Shown here in pieces: positions 50,795-64,000 of a stretch of 64,000 nucleotides of DNA; the stretch's first letter is position 1, and each line of letters starts with the position of its first letter. The notes beneath the pieces were generated by a model. That model searched no databases. It had not been told where the DNA came from and saw nothing but the letters and a program-made list of their open reading frames with translations. The stretch is from contig OZ024743.1 of the NCBI GenBank assembly GCA_964016885.1, positions 251,720,001 to 251,784,000 of the forward strand, read 5' to 3'. The DNA comes from Eledone cirrhosa (lineage: Eukaryota). A program made the position numbers and the translations under genes.

Positions 50795-53126
50795 CAATGG
50801 AAACAGAGGCCAACCTGGAGAAGAAAGATCTGGAAGCTGAAAGACCCCTCAGCCAGTAACAGATTTAAAGATATTTTACTCAATGCCTACGACAGTAAAG
50901 AAGAACAGATAGAGACACTCAATGTAGAAGAGCACTGGGAGTTCCTAAAAAATAACTTACTAGAGGCGACGGATGAGGTCTGTGACTGGAGTAAGACCAC
51001 AAGCAGGAGGAGAGTGACTTGGTGGTGGAACAATAAGGTAGATGAGGCAGTTAAGGCCAAGAGACAGGCATGGAAAGAATGGAAGAACGGGGGGAGCAGG
51101 GTACATTACATAGAGACCAAGAGGGAAGCTAGGCGACAAGTATACTTAGCTAGGAGGGAAGCAGAGGATAGAAAATTCAAGCATGTTTTGCAATGTGAGG
51201 ACCAGAAACAGGAGGTGTTCAAGATTGCGAGGCAGTGTGTCAGACAGAATTGTGATGTCAATGGAGAGAAGTGTATCTGGAATGATAAAGGTGAGCTTGC
51301 CCTCACAAGTGCTGAGAAGAAAGATTCATGGAAGACCCATTATGATAGATTACTAAATGAGGAGAATGCATGGGAAGAAGAGACCCTACCCCAAGTAGAA
51401 CCTATAGAGGGGCCAGCAGTACAAGTCAGCAGCAGCGTAGTAAGTAAGGCAATCAAAGATATGAAGATGGGGAAGGCAACCGGTCCATCGGGTATAGCTG
51501 CCGAGATGCTGATGCCATCTTCCTTGTGAGGCAGTTACAGGAAAAGTACCTAGCTAAAAGTAAGCCACTCTACCTGGCATTCGTCGATCTCGAGAAAGCC
51601 TTTGACAGAGTTCCACGTGCTGTAATCTGGTGGGCTCTTAGGAAACTAGAAGTAGATGAATGGCTTGTGAAAGCTGTACAAGCCATGTATAGGGGAGCAG
51701 TCAGCAAAGTTAGGATTAGCAATGAGTATAGTGAGGAATTTAGCGTACAGGTTGGTGTCCACCAGGGCTCTGTTCTTAGCCCTCTCCTGTTCATCATAGT
51801 CCTGCAGGCAATAACGGAGGAGTTTAAGACCGGATGCCCATGGGAACTCCTGTATGCTGATGACCTCGCACTTATAGCTGAATCTATGGTAGAACTAGAG
51901 AAGAAATTCCAAACTTGGAAGCAGGGACTAGAAAGAAAGGGTATCAAAGTCAACATGACAAAGACTAAGATCCTTGTAAGTAGACGAGAAAACAGAACCC
52001 AGATCCCCTCAGGGAAATGGCCTTGTTCAGTATGTAGGAAAGGTGTAGGTAGGAACTCCATTCTCTTCCCCAAATGCAAACAATGAGTACACAAGAGATG
52101 TAGCGGGATCTCAGGAAGCTTAATTAAGAATGTAGGCTTCACATGCTGCAGCTGTGCTGGGACAGCAAGCAGCAGACGGCCACAGGAAACAAGTACCACC
52201 AATCTCTGGGAGGGCTCTGTAGAAACAGTAGACAGCTTCTGCTACCTAGGTGACCGAATTAGCAGCGGAGCTGGGTGTTCAGAAAATACAATAACTAGGG
52301 TAAGAACGGGATAGAAGAAGTTCAGGGAACTACTGCCACTGCTAGCTGCAAAAGGCTTCTCCCTCAAAATGAAAGGCAGACTGTATGATGCATGTATCCG
52401 AACAGCAATGTTACATGGTAGTGAGACCTGGGCACTGAAGGTGGAAGACTTACGTAGATTAGAAAGAAACGAAGCCTGCATGCTCCGGTGGATGTGTAAT
52501 AGTGATATACACGAACGAAAAAGCATAATTGATTTGAGAGAGAGACTCAGCATAAGAGGAATCAAATGCTGTGTGCAGGAGAGGCGGTTGCATTGGTATG
52601 GACATGTGATGCGTATGAACGATGACAGCTGCATAAAAAGGTGCAGAGCACTAGAAGTCAATGGAAACCGCAGAGTGGGGAGACCCAAGAAGACCTGGGA
52701 TGAGGTGATAAAAGCCGACCTTACCCAATTACACCTCTCAAAGGCGATGACACATGACCGTGACCTCTGGCGTCATGCAGTAATACAGAGTACCCGACCT
52801 CCCATGGGTACAAGCTGAAGCATATAGACAATATGCCCCCACCCCCTCCCACTGCAAGGTGGTCGTGGAGGTGCCACGGCAAAAAAGCACCCAGCCCACA
52901 CTGTAAAGTGGACGTGTAGGCGCCACGGAAAAAGCACCCTGCACTCACTGTAAATGAGGCTGGTGTTAGGAAGGGCATCCAGCTGTAGAAATCAAGCCAA
53001 AATCAGTTCCTGAATGAGCAAGGCATGGCCAACCGACCAGACACTGCCCACAACAGGACAACCCGTCTAACCCATGCTAGCGTGGAAGAACGGACGTAAA
53101 ATGGTGATGATGATGATGATGATGAT
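50795..53126 (+). mobile_element. 5'-truncated decayed RTE with a ~270-bp internal deletion
   Basis: ORFs 51014-51529, 51526-52086 (YADD) and 52369-52818 align to the intact ORF. The sequence jumps from AEML to DAIFLVRQLQ at ~51512. A long 3' UTR and (GAT)n(AT)n tail follow. Confidence 0.92.
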
Positions 53127-53185
53127 ATATATATATACATACATGTTTATGTACAGTGACTAGTTTGTATACTGTTGTATGTGTG

Positions 53186-53248
<63 letters not shown>

Positions 53249-53804
53249 GTTTATATTCAGTGGCTAGTGTGTATACTGTTGTATGTGTGGATATATATAT
53301 ATATATCCACACATACACCTGTATACACACTAGCCACTGTATATAAACATGTCACACTTGTTGATGGAAATGATGGCTCATTTATTAAAACAAATTCTCC
53401 TCCTTCTCCTTTTTCTTCTTCATCCATTGCACTTTATCTTCCTTTTCTTCTTCCTCCTATAGTGTCAAACCATTCTCCTATTACTGTACAATTGCCATCA
53501 GAATTGTTTTAAATTTTTGCCACCCACCCAACTTTGCTTCATTTTTGCTTTGTTTCATAGTTCTTTCACCCCTACTCACATCACTACTATCATAATCACC
53601 ACAAGGTCACTCTCATTAGCCCCCCCCCCTTATATCATTATATCCATGACCAAATGGTACCTCTTATGAAAAGCACACCTACGTCCATACCTCCCTATAT
53701 ATCTGAGCTATAACCATCACCCCATGGTCACTTTTATTTACAGGCGACCTACACCCTCACCTCCCTACATATCTTCTTTTTCACCTCCTTCTCCTCCCAC
53801 TTAT

Positions 53805-53990
53805 TCCTGAGAAGGTCATGGGAGCAAAGTACTCAAACATCCTTCCAGTTGGTCCTGTCTCCAACTAATCTGGTTGGATCCCTAAGTGAGTCCAGCCAAG
53901 CTCATGGATATTATCCATCCATCTTGCTCAGGTCTGCCCTAGGGTCTCCTGCTGGTTGGTTTTGCCTGTAAAATCTGTCCAGTGAAACTT
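53805..53990 (-). mobile_element. 3' coding fragment of a different RTE lineage (Rex3/Expander-like)
   Basis: Minus-strand translation across one stop and one frameshift gives QAKPTSRRP*GRP.ARWMDNIHELGWTHLGIQP, which resembles the RRPRGRPRTRW..I..L.W..LGI C-terminus of Rex3/Expander RTEs. Confidence 0.55.
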
Positions 53991-54009
53991 TCTGTATAAA
54001 TAGTAGAAG

Positions 54010-54202
54010 GGATGCCACAAAAAAAAAACGTACCCTTGTAAAGTGGTTGGTATTAAGAAGGGTATCCAGCCATAGAAACTATGCCAATATGGGATGTATG
54101 AGCAAGATGAGACCATTTTGATTCTTCTGGTCACAAACTATGACAATATGTTTAACCCATGCTTGTGAGAAAAGTGGACGCAAAAACGATGATGATGATG
54201 AT
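54010..54202 (+). mobile_element. Stand-alone 3' module (SINE-like or truncated RTE 3' UTR)
   Basis: TGTAAAGTGGTTGGTATTAAGAAGGGTATCCAGCCATAGAAA ... AACCCATGC ... GGACG ... (GAT)n. Confidence 0.7.
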
Positions 54203-55834
54203 TTAATAGAAACAGCTATGTATTGTAGAAACAATGGTATTTTTAAGCAATTTGATATTGAACAAGTTAAAAGAATTCTGCGGTTGTCCTATCTTTATAG
54301 AAAAGCATGGTATATGAAAATTTCTGTCATTAAATATGTACAGCTTAATTTAAACACAGTGTACAAAGTTTGATGGGTATTTTTTTACTACTATGCCATA
54401 CTGATAGTTGGTAAAGATGCCTTTTTTTTCCTTTTAGTGATGGGGGAAGATTGTGGTGTAAATGATCTTCAAGAATAAACCGACTTTTGATGACATTTAG
54501 CAATTCCATTAGAGAAAGACACATTTAAATTCCTCCTGTCACCAGCCCATGTTCACTTTGTCTAAATATATATATATATAAACAAAAATAAGAAGGAAAA
54601 AGGAAAATATAAAAAGTATATAAAAGAGAACAACTTGGTAAATATTTATATATTCACTGATAACTCCTATGGCATTGATGATCATATCTTAAACACTTTC
54701 TACTATGGTTGTAAATATTGATGAGAAGTGGTGAGAGGAAGAGACTAAGTTGAAATGAGTTTGTTTCTTGTGTCAAAAACTTAGAGATGGAACAATTCTC
54801 CAGGGGAGATAACTGCAGATCAATATCAAACTTTAAATAATAAGTAAATAAATAAAATAGGGCATCCTGAGAACACAGCTTCTGTCATATGGCTGTTGTC
54901 ATTTAGATAGCATACATATTTGACATTTTCTTCTATGGAGATGAACTTTGCTGTAAGCAGTTTTTGAAATTACACTTTGCTTAACAATTATTTTTCTCTT
55001 TCTCTTTGAAAACTTTTAACTCTTAACGTCCTGTACCACCTGAAATTGTATTAGCAAGACATTCTTAAAATGTAGAAAACAGCATTATGACAACATCACA
55101 AAGTCTTGAAGGGATTTAGTAATATAACTCTATCCTTATTTTTCAGGTGTTTGTAGCATACCTTAAAAGTTTTCACAAAAAATTATGATTTAGATGAATT
55201 TAAACACTTTTAAACAGTTGTGTATCATAAAACAAGAGACAGTTTCAAGTAGTTTGAAATCAAAACAGTTTGAACTTTATTTTAATACTGCAAATTTTCA
55301 CAACAATTGTTTCACCTATAAAGATAATATAAACATTTTTATAAACAAAGTTTTTAGATATTTTTTGCTAAATAATTAGAGGTTGTTAACAGAAAATATT
55401 GCACATTTTCCTGATCAGTCCATTACCAAAGATACTAGAAACATTTGAATTACCAAATCTAATTTTAGATATCTTCTAAAGGATGTTAGGAGCGAATATC
55501 TTGTCATAATTGAGTAGAAAAAATTTTAAAATGGTGTTAATTCAAATGATTGCAATATCTTTAGTATAGATCAGTATGAATATTTGCAGTATTAGAGTAA
55601 CTACTTTCTGAATACTATAACACCTGAAACCACCTTTAGATTTGTAATGCAAAACTGATTGTTTTATTGTTATTTCTATTTACCTAACACCAGTCCATCA
55701 TAATTTTCTATAAGAAACTTTAAGTCATGTTACAGGACGCCAATACATTGACAGGCTTTTCCCAGGCATAAAGGATACTCATTTTCAGTAAAGTTGACTT
55801 GAGCAATGTGAAATGAAGTGTTTTACTCAATATG

Positions 55835-57275
55835 TACCTGGTGGGCTATTAAAAAACTAGGAGTAGATGAATGGGTTGTGAAAGCTGTACAAGCCATGTA
55901 TAGGAGAGCAGTTAGCAAAGTTAGGATTAGCAATGACTATAGCGAGGAATTTAGCATACAGGTCGGTGTCCACCAGGGCTTTGTTCTTAGCCCTCTCCTG
56001 GTCATCATAGTTTTGCAGGCAATAATGGAGGAGTTTAAGACCGGATGCTCATGGGAACTCCTGTATGTGGATGACCTCGCACTTATAGCTGAATATATGG
56101 TAGAACTAGTCTTTGTCAACCTGACAAAGACTAAGGTCCTTGTAAGTAGACAAGAAAACAGAACCCAGATCCCCTCAGAGAAATGGCCTTGTTCAGTATG
56201 TAGGAAAGGTGTAGGTAAGAACTCCATCCTCTGCCCTAAATGCAATCAATGGGTACACAAGAGATGTAGTGGGATCTCAGGAAGCTTAACTAAGAATGTA
56301 GGCTTCACATGTAGCAGCTGCGCTGGGACAGCAAGCAGCAAACAGCCACAAGAAACAAGCACCACCAAACTCTGGGAGGGCTCTATAGAAACAGTAGACA
56401 GCTTCCACTACCTAGGTGATCGAATTAACAGCGCAGGTGGGTGTTTGGAAAGTACAATAACTAGGATAAGAACAGTATGGAAGAAGTTAAGGGAGCCACT
56501 GCTAGCTGCAAACAGCTTTTCCTTTAAAATGAAAGGTAGACTGTATGATGCGTGTATACAAACAGCAATGTTACATGGTAGTGAGACCTGGGCGCTGTCT
56601 GTAGAAGACTTGCCTAGACTAGAAAGAAACGAAGTCTGCATGCTCCGATGGATGTGTAATAGTAATATACGCGAACGGCAAAACATAAATGAATTGAGAG
56701 AGAGACTGAACAGAAGAGGAATCACATGCTGTGTGCAGGAGAGGCGGTTGCGTTGGTATGGACATGTGATGTGTATAATGATGACAGCTGCATAAAAGGG
56801 TGCAGAGCACTAGAAGTTGATGGAAACCGTGGAGTGGGGAGACCCAAGAAGACCTGGCATGAAGGGATAAAATCTGACCTTACCCAATTACACCTCTCAA
56901 AGGCGACGGCACACGACCGTGATCTCTGGCATCACACAGCAATACAGAAGACCCGACTCCCCAAGCTGAAGCATATAGACAATATGCCCCAACGCCCTCC
57001 CACTGCAAAGTGGTCGTGGAGGTGCCACGGCAAAAAGCACCCAGCGCACACTGTAAAGTGGACGTGCAGGCGCCATGGGAAAAAAGCACCCACAACTCAC
57101 TGTAAATGAAGTTGGTGTTAGGAAGGGCATCCAGCTGTAGAAATCAAACCAGAATCAGTTCCCGTATGAGCAAGACAAGGTCAGCCGATCGGACACTGCC
57201 CACAACAGGACAACCGGTCGAACCCATAATAGCATAGAAGAACGGATGTAAAATGGTGATGATGATGATGATGAT
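55835..57275 (+). mobile_element. 5'-truncated decayed RTE
   Basis: ORF 55818-56795 (GVHQG, YVDD, intact C4HC3 finger, FHYLG). 3' UTR and (GAT)n tail are present. It is close to the copy at 50795-53126. Confidence 0.92.
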
Positions 57276-57322
57276 ATCATCATAATCATATCACATCCAT
57301 TTCCCTGCTAGCGAGAGTGGGA
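57276..57322 (-). mobile_element. Tiny RTE-type 3' end, tail-to-tail with the previous copy
   Basis: The reverse complement CTCGCTAGCAGGGAAATGGATGTGATATGATTATGATGAT resembles the terminal TGCAAGCAGGGAAAAGCGGACG..(TGA)n. Confidence 0.5.
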
Positions 57323-57408
<86 letters not shown>

Positions 57409-57424
57409 ATATATATATATACCA

Positions 57425-58434
57425 CAAAAAGATTTTTCCTTCAAAATGAATGGACAGATAGTATAATGCATGTATATGAATATGAACAACAAGATTGCAT
57501 GGCAGTAACATCTGGACATGGTGTTCAGAGGACCTACGAAGATTGGAAAGAAAAGGAGGCTTCCATGCTTTGGTGGATCTGTTATAGTAATATACATGAA
57601 TGGCAAAGCATAAATGAACTGAGAGAGAAACTGGGCATAAGAGGGATTAGATGCAGTATGCAGGAGAGGAGAATGCATTGGTACGAATATGTGATGCATA
57701 TGAAGGATGACAGCTGTATAAAAAGAAGCAAGGGACTCAAAGATGATGGAAGCTATGGTGTAGGAAAACCTAGGAAGACCTGGGATGAGGTGATAAAAGC
57801 TGACCTTGCATAATTGCACCTCTTGAAGGCAATAACACAGGATCAACATCTCTGGTGTTATGCAGTAATACAGAAGATCCACCTTCCCATGTGCTCAGGT
57901 TGAAGCATACATCTTGTATTCAGTACCTTCCCTTCCCTTTTCCATACATTTTCACATCCTAACATTCCTCCCTTTGTCCACGTCACTCCTCCTCTTCCAC
58001 CTCCCACGTCCTAACACTCCACCCATGCCCAAACATTCCACCCCTCATTCCACGCCTAGATCTGCCTCCCCAAACCCCACACACATCCTCCAACCAATTC
58101 CCCAGCCCACACTGTAAAGTGGTTGTGATTGAAACATGACAAAAAGTGCCTAGCCCACATTCTAAAGTGGTTGTGTAGGTGACAGGTCAAAAAGCACCCA
58201 GCCCACACAGTGCTTATGACAAAATGTACCCAGTCCAAAATGTACCCAGTCCACTGTAAATGTAGTTGGTGTTAGGAAGGGCATCCAGCCATAGAAACCA
58301 AACCAAAACCAGTTCTGTATGAGCAAGACATGGTCATCGAACTTGGCTTGTCTCACAATAGGACAACTCTTCTAACCCATGCTAATAGGGAAAAATGTAC
58401 ATCAAACGGTGATGAGGATGATGATGATGATGAT
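57425..58434 (+). mobile_element. Older 3' fragment of the same RTE family
   Basis: EASMLWWIC...QERRMHWYEYV...GKPRKTWDEVIKADL. The 3' UTR has expanded CACACTGTAAAGTGG repeats, then a (GAT)n(AT)n tail. Confidence 0.85.
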
Positions 58435-58644
58435 ATATATATATAAACACATATATATTAAAAATGGTGTTTAAAAGATGAATGGAAGAGAACCCGAAAT
58501 AAATAAGGTGTTCAATACATTAGTGGAGAATGTACATATTTATTTTATACAGAAATAACCTACTAAACTTTGATGGTTTGAAAGGAATGAAATTGTTCTA
58601 GTCCTGTTGAAGTGATTTTTATATGAAATATAATGTGTGAATAT

Positions 58645-58754
58645 CTATGTCTATCATTTTATCTACCTATCTATCACCCATCTACCTACCAATCTATCTA
58701 TCTATCTACCTACCTATCTATCTATCTATCACTCATCTATCTACCAATCTATCT
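58645..58754. repeat. (ATCT/ACCT)n microsatellite
   Basis: Direct inspection. It continues at 60204-60244. Confidence 0.9.
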
Positions 58755-60209
58755 GTCGTCAGACGCTGGATGGAAGGACCGGTAAAGCTGCTCAGGGTCT
58801 GGTTTGGTCCGGACCTCCAGGTGGAGAAGAACTGGAACGAGGTGACGGCCAAGGTGTTTGCGGTCACCCAGAAGTGGGCCGAGTGCAAACTATCCTTCAA
58901 AGGTCGAGCGGAGGTGGCGAACACTTTTATAGTGTCCGTCATCTACTACCACTTGACCGTCGTGCCTTGTCCAGCCAAAACGCTCACCAAAATGGAGCAC
59001 GTGCTCTTCCAATTACTTTGGAAGAAACGGGCTCCTTTGGTGAGAAGATCCATCTGCTGCCAACACCCTTCAAAGGGAGGGCTGGGGAAGCCGTGGCTGA
59101 CGATGCGCAAACACGCGCTCAGGCTGCGGAACCTCCACGTATTCCTCACCAGACAACCGGTGTGGGCCCCGTTCATGAGGCGAGCCTTCCGACGAATCGT
59201 CTCACTGACCGAGCTGCAGTCCTGTGTCATGCAAAGACCGAGGAAAAGGGGTGACTGGCACATCGAATGTGCTCAGGCGCTCACAGTCCTCTGGCAAACG
59301 GACCCGGTGATCAGTGTAGACTCCACTTCGACATTCTATAGAGGGTTGGTCCGCAGCAAGTGTGACAACGCGCTCGGAGAAACTCTAGGTGTAGAGGAGG
59401 ACGAACTGGCCAGTCTGTTCGGTAGGACCTTCCGCCCGAGACCAATGGACAACTTCCAAAAGTCAGTGGCCTGGCAGTGCTACCAAAGAGCTCTACCAGT
59501 TCGGAGCAAGCTCTACAGACACGGGCACCCGGGTAGGGACCCTTTGAAAAAGATCTGTCCGAGATGTGTGCGACGAGGAAACCATCGCACACACATTTGT
59601 ACACTGCTCGAGCATTACCGACCTGTGGGGCTATGTAGAACGACTATTGTCGCGGGTGAGACCAATCCAGTTGACCACCGATTCCATTGTCATGATCAAA
59701 CTGCCACCCTCCTTTAAAAACTAGGGAGAGGCGGTTTTCCTATGTGTTATGGCTATGGTGAAAGAGGTTATATGGTGGACGAGGTTAAAAGGTCTGAGGT
59801 CAGACACCTTTCTCTCCGGCGAGCAACTGATTCGTTTTGTCAAATACCATTTTGGAAGAAGAATCAGGATGGAGAGAGAGGTGCTGTACCCCAGCAAATT
59901 TGATAAAAGGTGGGTGAATGTGGAAAAGATGGCCCGAGTGGTTGGGCCCTCTCTCTATATCAGCCTGTAGGTTGAGGGAAAAGAGGAAGAGAGGAAAGGA
60001 GTACTCACTCTTGGTGCTCCTGGAGATGAGGGTTGTACATTTTTTCAGGGTGTGTACAACCCCTGTGTAACGCCTCCCCCCTATTGGGGATTTCAATTGT
60101 TATTTGTTATTTTATTAATAGTTTTATTTTCATATACCTGCATGTAAACTCCCCATTTGTATTTGTCTCCTTCTTTTGTGCCCTTGTGGCTAATAAAGAA
60201 AGTTATCTA
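58755..60209 (+). mobile_element. 5'-truncated L1-clade (Tx1-like) LINE, ORF2 C-terminus, with a 22-bp candidate target-site duplication
   Basis: VKLLRVWFG...NWNEV...W...LSFKGRAEVANTFIVSVIYY, KGGLG, and a frameshifted CPRC...ETIAH...HC zinc motif (~59556-59607). AATAAA at 60192. The flanks TCATCTAT(C/T)TACCAATCTATCT lie at 58733-58754 and 60210-60231. Confidence 0.85.
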
Positions 60210-60424
60210 TCATCTATTTACCAATCTATCTACCTATCTATCTAGTTAGAGATAGAGGAAGTTGTGTGCCAGTCGCACTGGTAAGTTTTTGTCTTTTTAC
60301 TTATAAAAAACAAAAATTATTGTTTTAAAAAAATATACCACTGTATAGATTGACCCTCTGACTAATTTGTCAGTGGGTGGGTCATTTAAATTTTCATAAA
60401 AATTTATAACAAATTGTTTTAAGT

Positions 60425-60619
60425 ATGAATGATAAAATTGAAGCGCTTCCCGCCATAAGTGGAAATGGGAGCATTGAAATGAATGTCACTATGGCAAGAT
60501 GGAGTAGTGACCGAGAAAAAGCACACCAAAACAAAAGTATGGAAACACATACGGCACAAAAAAAATTGAACAAGAAAAAAACACTTCACAACCACAAATC
60601 AAGCAATTGAGAACAAGAA

Positions 60620-60652
<33 letters not shown>

Positions 60653-62196
60653 CGACAACAAGAGCAACCATAAAAAATCTTTTGCCACAATAAGCAAAAG
60701 AACCTTTACAAATATTGATATTTCCAATGCGAAGGAAATGATCAATGAAGGAAAAAATATATTACCTTCGAGGAAAAAAGGGGAATTAAAATAACCTCTC
60801 TGCTACAAGTCAAAGCTGACACTATGCAAAGGACTGTGATTTTTCGCACGATTTTGAACAAACAAAAAAAAAACGGCTTCCTTACTCAAGGCGAAATTGA
60901 AATCGTCTTGAAAGAGGCAATGTCGGAAATACAATACATACAAAGGGCTAAACATTATGGAAGCATTTTGGTGCTCTTCAAAAGTGAGGCCCTTGCGAAA
61001 AAATACTCATTGACCCCGGACACCTCTTCCACACACACCTTTTTCCCTACATACATAGGAAAAAGAACACAAAGAATAAACATCACCAATATACCACCCA
61101 ACATTAACATCTGGTGGACTCTGGCAGGTTTCTTGGCGGAAGATGAAGACACAATACTGTCGATTCAAAAATCCACAAGAAACACCTGGAACGGCACAAG
61201 CTTGGAAATGTTGGTCCAAATGAAACCGGACATAATTTCCAAGATACCAGAAAGGGTGCCAGTAGACGATACCAATTACATTCACATTTCGGCAGAAGGT
61301 GGGATGCCACATTGTTTTAAATGCGCGAGCACATTGCATTTAAAGGCCTCCTGTCCCCTCTTATGAACAAACACCACCACCCCCAAAAAGTACTTTTACC
61401 AACACCAACTCCCAAACCACCAACACCAACACACAAAACAAGCAAACATACAAAAACAAACAACTGTTCAACCACAAACAACAGAAAAAACACAAACAAT
61501 TCCCCTGACAAACAAAGTCCAACCCCATCCCACTCCATCCAACACTACCACAATCACACACACCAACACACCATCACCAAACAACATACCCCTCCCACAC
61601 ACCCCTGATGACGATTCATCACCAGATGAGGCTACTTCTCCATCCCCAAGTGAAGATGAAGGAGAGCCTTGGAAATTAAAAAAACAAAAAAAGAGACACC
61701 ACAAAGCCACAAAAACAACAATCACCAACACAAACACACAACCACCAACACAAATAACAACACAAAAACCGCCACAATCACCCCCCCCCTACCAGCAAAA
61801 CAAACACCAACACCACCCCAAACACAAATGCCCACCATAAAAAGAAAACTACAAAATGAACAACAAACCAAAACAACACAACAAAAAAACAAACAACAAT
61901 ACACATACATTAACACAAACAACAAAAACCTAATGGAGGACATCTCCCAAGACCCCAAAGTAGAAACTGAGGGTAAAACTTTTGTAAAAGCAAACTCTCA
62001 ACCACACCTAAAACTAATAAGGGTTTCGATAGAGACCTATCAGACATTGAAAGAAATGTTTTCAAAGGACGTTGGCAACCCCTGCCAAAAACCAATAAAC
62101 CGTGTCCTGTTGAAATGTTTCCCCACCCCACTCAACACTCCCACCAGAACTGAAATGGAGATTGAACAACCCGATCTCCAGGAAACGGAAAAGTAA
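60425..62196 (+). pseudogene. Disrupted ORF1 (gag-like, CCHC zinc knuckle) of the Tx1-like LINE
   Basis: CFKCASTLHLKASC (C-x2-C-x4-H-x4-C, 61313-61354) is preceded by an RRM-like segment and followed by a Pro/Thr/Lys-rich low-complexity region. It is split across frames. Confidence 0.7.
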
Positions 62197-62237
62197 GTGC
62201 ACCTTTTCGTCCTTTTTGCCAACTCTTCTCCACCAAC

Positions 62238-64000
62238 ATGGCTGACTTACGAGTTGGAAGCGTGAATGTGCATGGCCTAGGGATTCCCTGGAAACAGGGC
62301 CAACTTTTAAACGACCTTAGGTCACACGGTATAGATGTAATAGCCACCACCGACTCCAGGATCCACAACAGGCAGCAACTAACTCCCATCTTCAATGACT
62401 TTGAGATCTACACATCTCTCTGTCAGCCGGGATGTGGAGGGGGAGTGACTGTCATATTTCGGAAAAACCCGGATCTCGAAGTACAGCAAGTACACTTGGA
62501 CCCGGAGGGTAGACTGGTAGTCCTAAACGTGAACAGTATTGGAGGTGGAGCCTTCAGACTGGTGGCCGTTTATGCCCCGACCGGGCAATCACAATCGCGG
62601 CCAAACTTTTTTAAGCATCTGGAGTCTTTTCTGGGAATGTCTCGCTCCTTGCTTTCAGAGGGGACTGGTATGGTATCCTAGATGCACGATGGGACTATGT
62701 GGGAGCTTGTCCCAGTAGAGGGCGATGCAACAGCCTCAAAACTTTAATTGGCCAATTCCAACTGGCCGATAGGTATCTACTGGATTTCCCGACTGCACCA
62801 CAGTGGACGTGGGCAAACTGCAGCGGGACATCTAGATCGTATTTAGATAGGTTCTTCATTAGGGAAAGGGACAAGGAGATATTAAGCTGTCCACGAATGT
62901 ACATGGTTGCCTATTCAGATCACAAATTAGCCATCTGCATAGTCAACCGTGACAGAACACATAGACAGGGACCCGGATACTGGAAGCTGAATGTGTTGTT
63001 GCCGGCACGTAAAGTTTACAGTGAACGGATAAGTAGACTAGTCAAGCAACAGTTAACGGGAGCTATCGTCACCAATAGATGGTGGTACTCTCTCAAGAGA
63101 GCAATTAGAGTAGGATCGATAGGATTTAGCAGAGTTAGCCTTAGAGAAAAACAAAATAGAAAGAGAACTAGTAGCCAAGGTAGGAGGCACTTAGAAGTGG
63201 AAACGCCGCTCGAGTGTTAGCGTCGAGAACGGCACTGGACCAGTTCTTCGATGCGAAAGACGAAGGCTGCGTGGTCAGAAGCAAAACACGTGCTCTAGGA
63301 AACGAAGGCACGAAAGCTGTCAGTTGGGCCCGAGTGGCGGAGGCGAAAAGCGGCAACAAGTCCACGATTCGGTCTTTGAAAGACCAAAAGGGAGACGTGC
63401 TACTTGACCCCAAGCAAATGTGTGCGGTCTTTCAGCAGCACTTTGCGCGACTGTTTGAGCAGAACGGGGCAATGGACTTTAGTTCATACCTCGACGGCCT
63501 GCCGCGTCTCTCGAACACGGACGCCGAGTTCTGCGAAAGACCGATCACGGACACTGAGATACAGAACGCTCTGGGCCGCTGTGGGAAACGCAAGTCACCC
63601 GGTCTAGATGGTCTACCCTATGCGTTTTACATAGGTATGCCGGACTTGTTCTCTGGCGTCCTTGAAGCCGTCTACTGCAATTGGCAGCAGAACGGGAGAA
63701 TTCCCGGTTCTGCAGGCAAGGGCGTAGTAACGCTGATCAGGAAAGACGAGAACAAGGGGGACGAAATTAACAACTTCAGGCCCATAACTCTGCTCAACAC
63801 AGAGTTAAAGATTTTGGCCAAGGTGCTAGCGACGAGGTTGGCGCTTGTCGTCAAGAACCTGGTAGGGAAAGCGCAAACGTGTGCAATCCCGACCAGGTCC
63901 ATATACGACAACCTCCATCTCATGCGATACATCATAGAGAGGGTGGGTAGTAAACCCGGCTTCGGTGGGGCACTGATCAATTTGGATCAGTCTGAGGCAT
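62238..64000 (+). pseudogene. Disrupted ORF2 (APE endonuclease and RT N-terminus) of the Tx1-like LINE
   Basis: LRVGSVNVHGL, DPEGRLV, VAVYAP, SYLDRF, SDH, GPGYWKLN, KSPGLDGLP, NFRPITLLNTELKILAKVLATRL. Several frameshifts are present. Confidence 0.88.

Larger units (their letters stand above)
60245..64000 (+). mobile_element. 5' part of a two-ORF L1-clade (Tx1-like) LINE, cut by the window end
   Basis: A 5' UTR is followed by a disrupted ORF1 and, 41 bp later, a disrupted ORF2 with EN and RT motifs. Confidence 0.85.

Noticed and set aside
54210-55830. AT-rich interval with short ORFs and faint repeat-like fragments
   Set aside because: No exon or element could be supported. At most there is a short SINE remnant near 55770-55830.

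Overview
This window is eukaryotic, gene-free repetitive DNA. The repeat repertoire suggests an octopod cephalopod genome, which is an inference from recalled SINE/RTE motifs and has not been verified. Positions 1-35698 are a near-perfect head-to-tail array of a 551-bp monomer (64 full units plus a partial one, cut by the window start). The array contains an internal 6,064-bp 11-monomer higher-order duplication. About 200 bp after the array ends there is a full-length RTE-clade LINE with an uninterrupted endonuclease-RT ORF (35907/36003-39185), which carries a C4HC3 PHD-type zinc finger inserted inside the C-terminal part of the RT. The rest of the window is a patchwork: a convergent decayed full-length RTE, several 5'-truncated RTEs, tRNA-derived SINE remnants, a pogo/Tigger-like MITE, two copies of a palindromic element with a hammerhead-like fold, minisatellites and microsatellites, and two L1/Tx1-type LINEs in an (ATCT)n tract. 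No host gene, rRNA, tRNA or CRISPR array is supported. The repeated 71/78-aa ORFs in the array are judged spurious.
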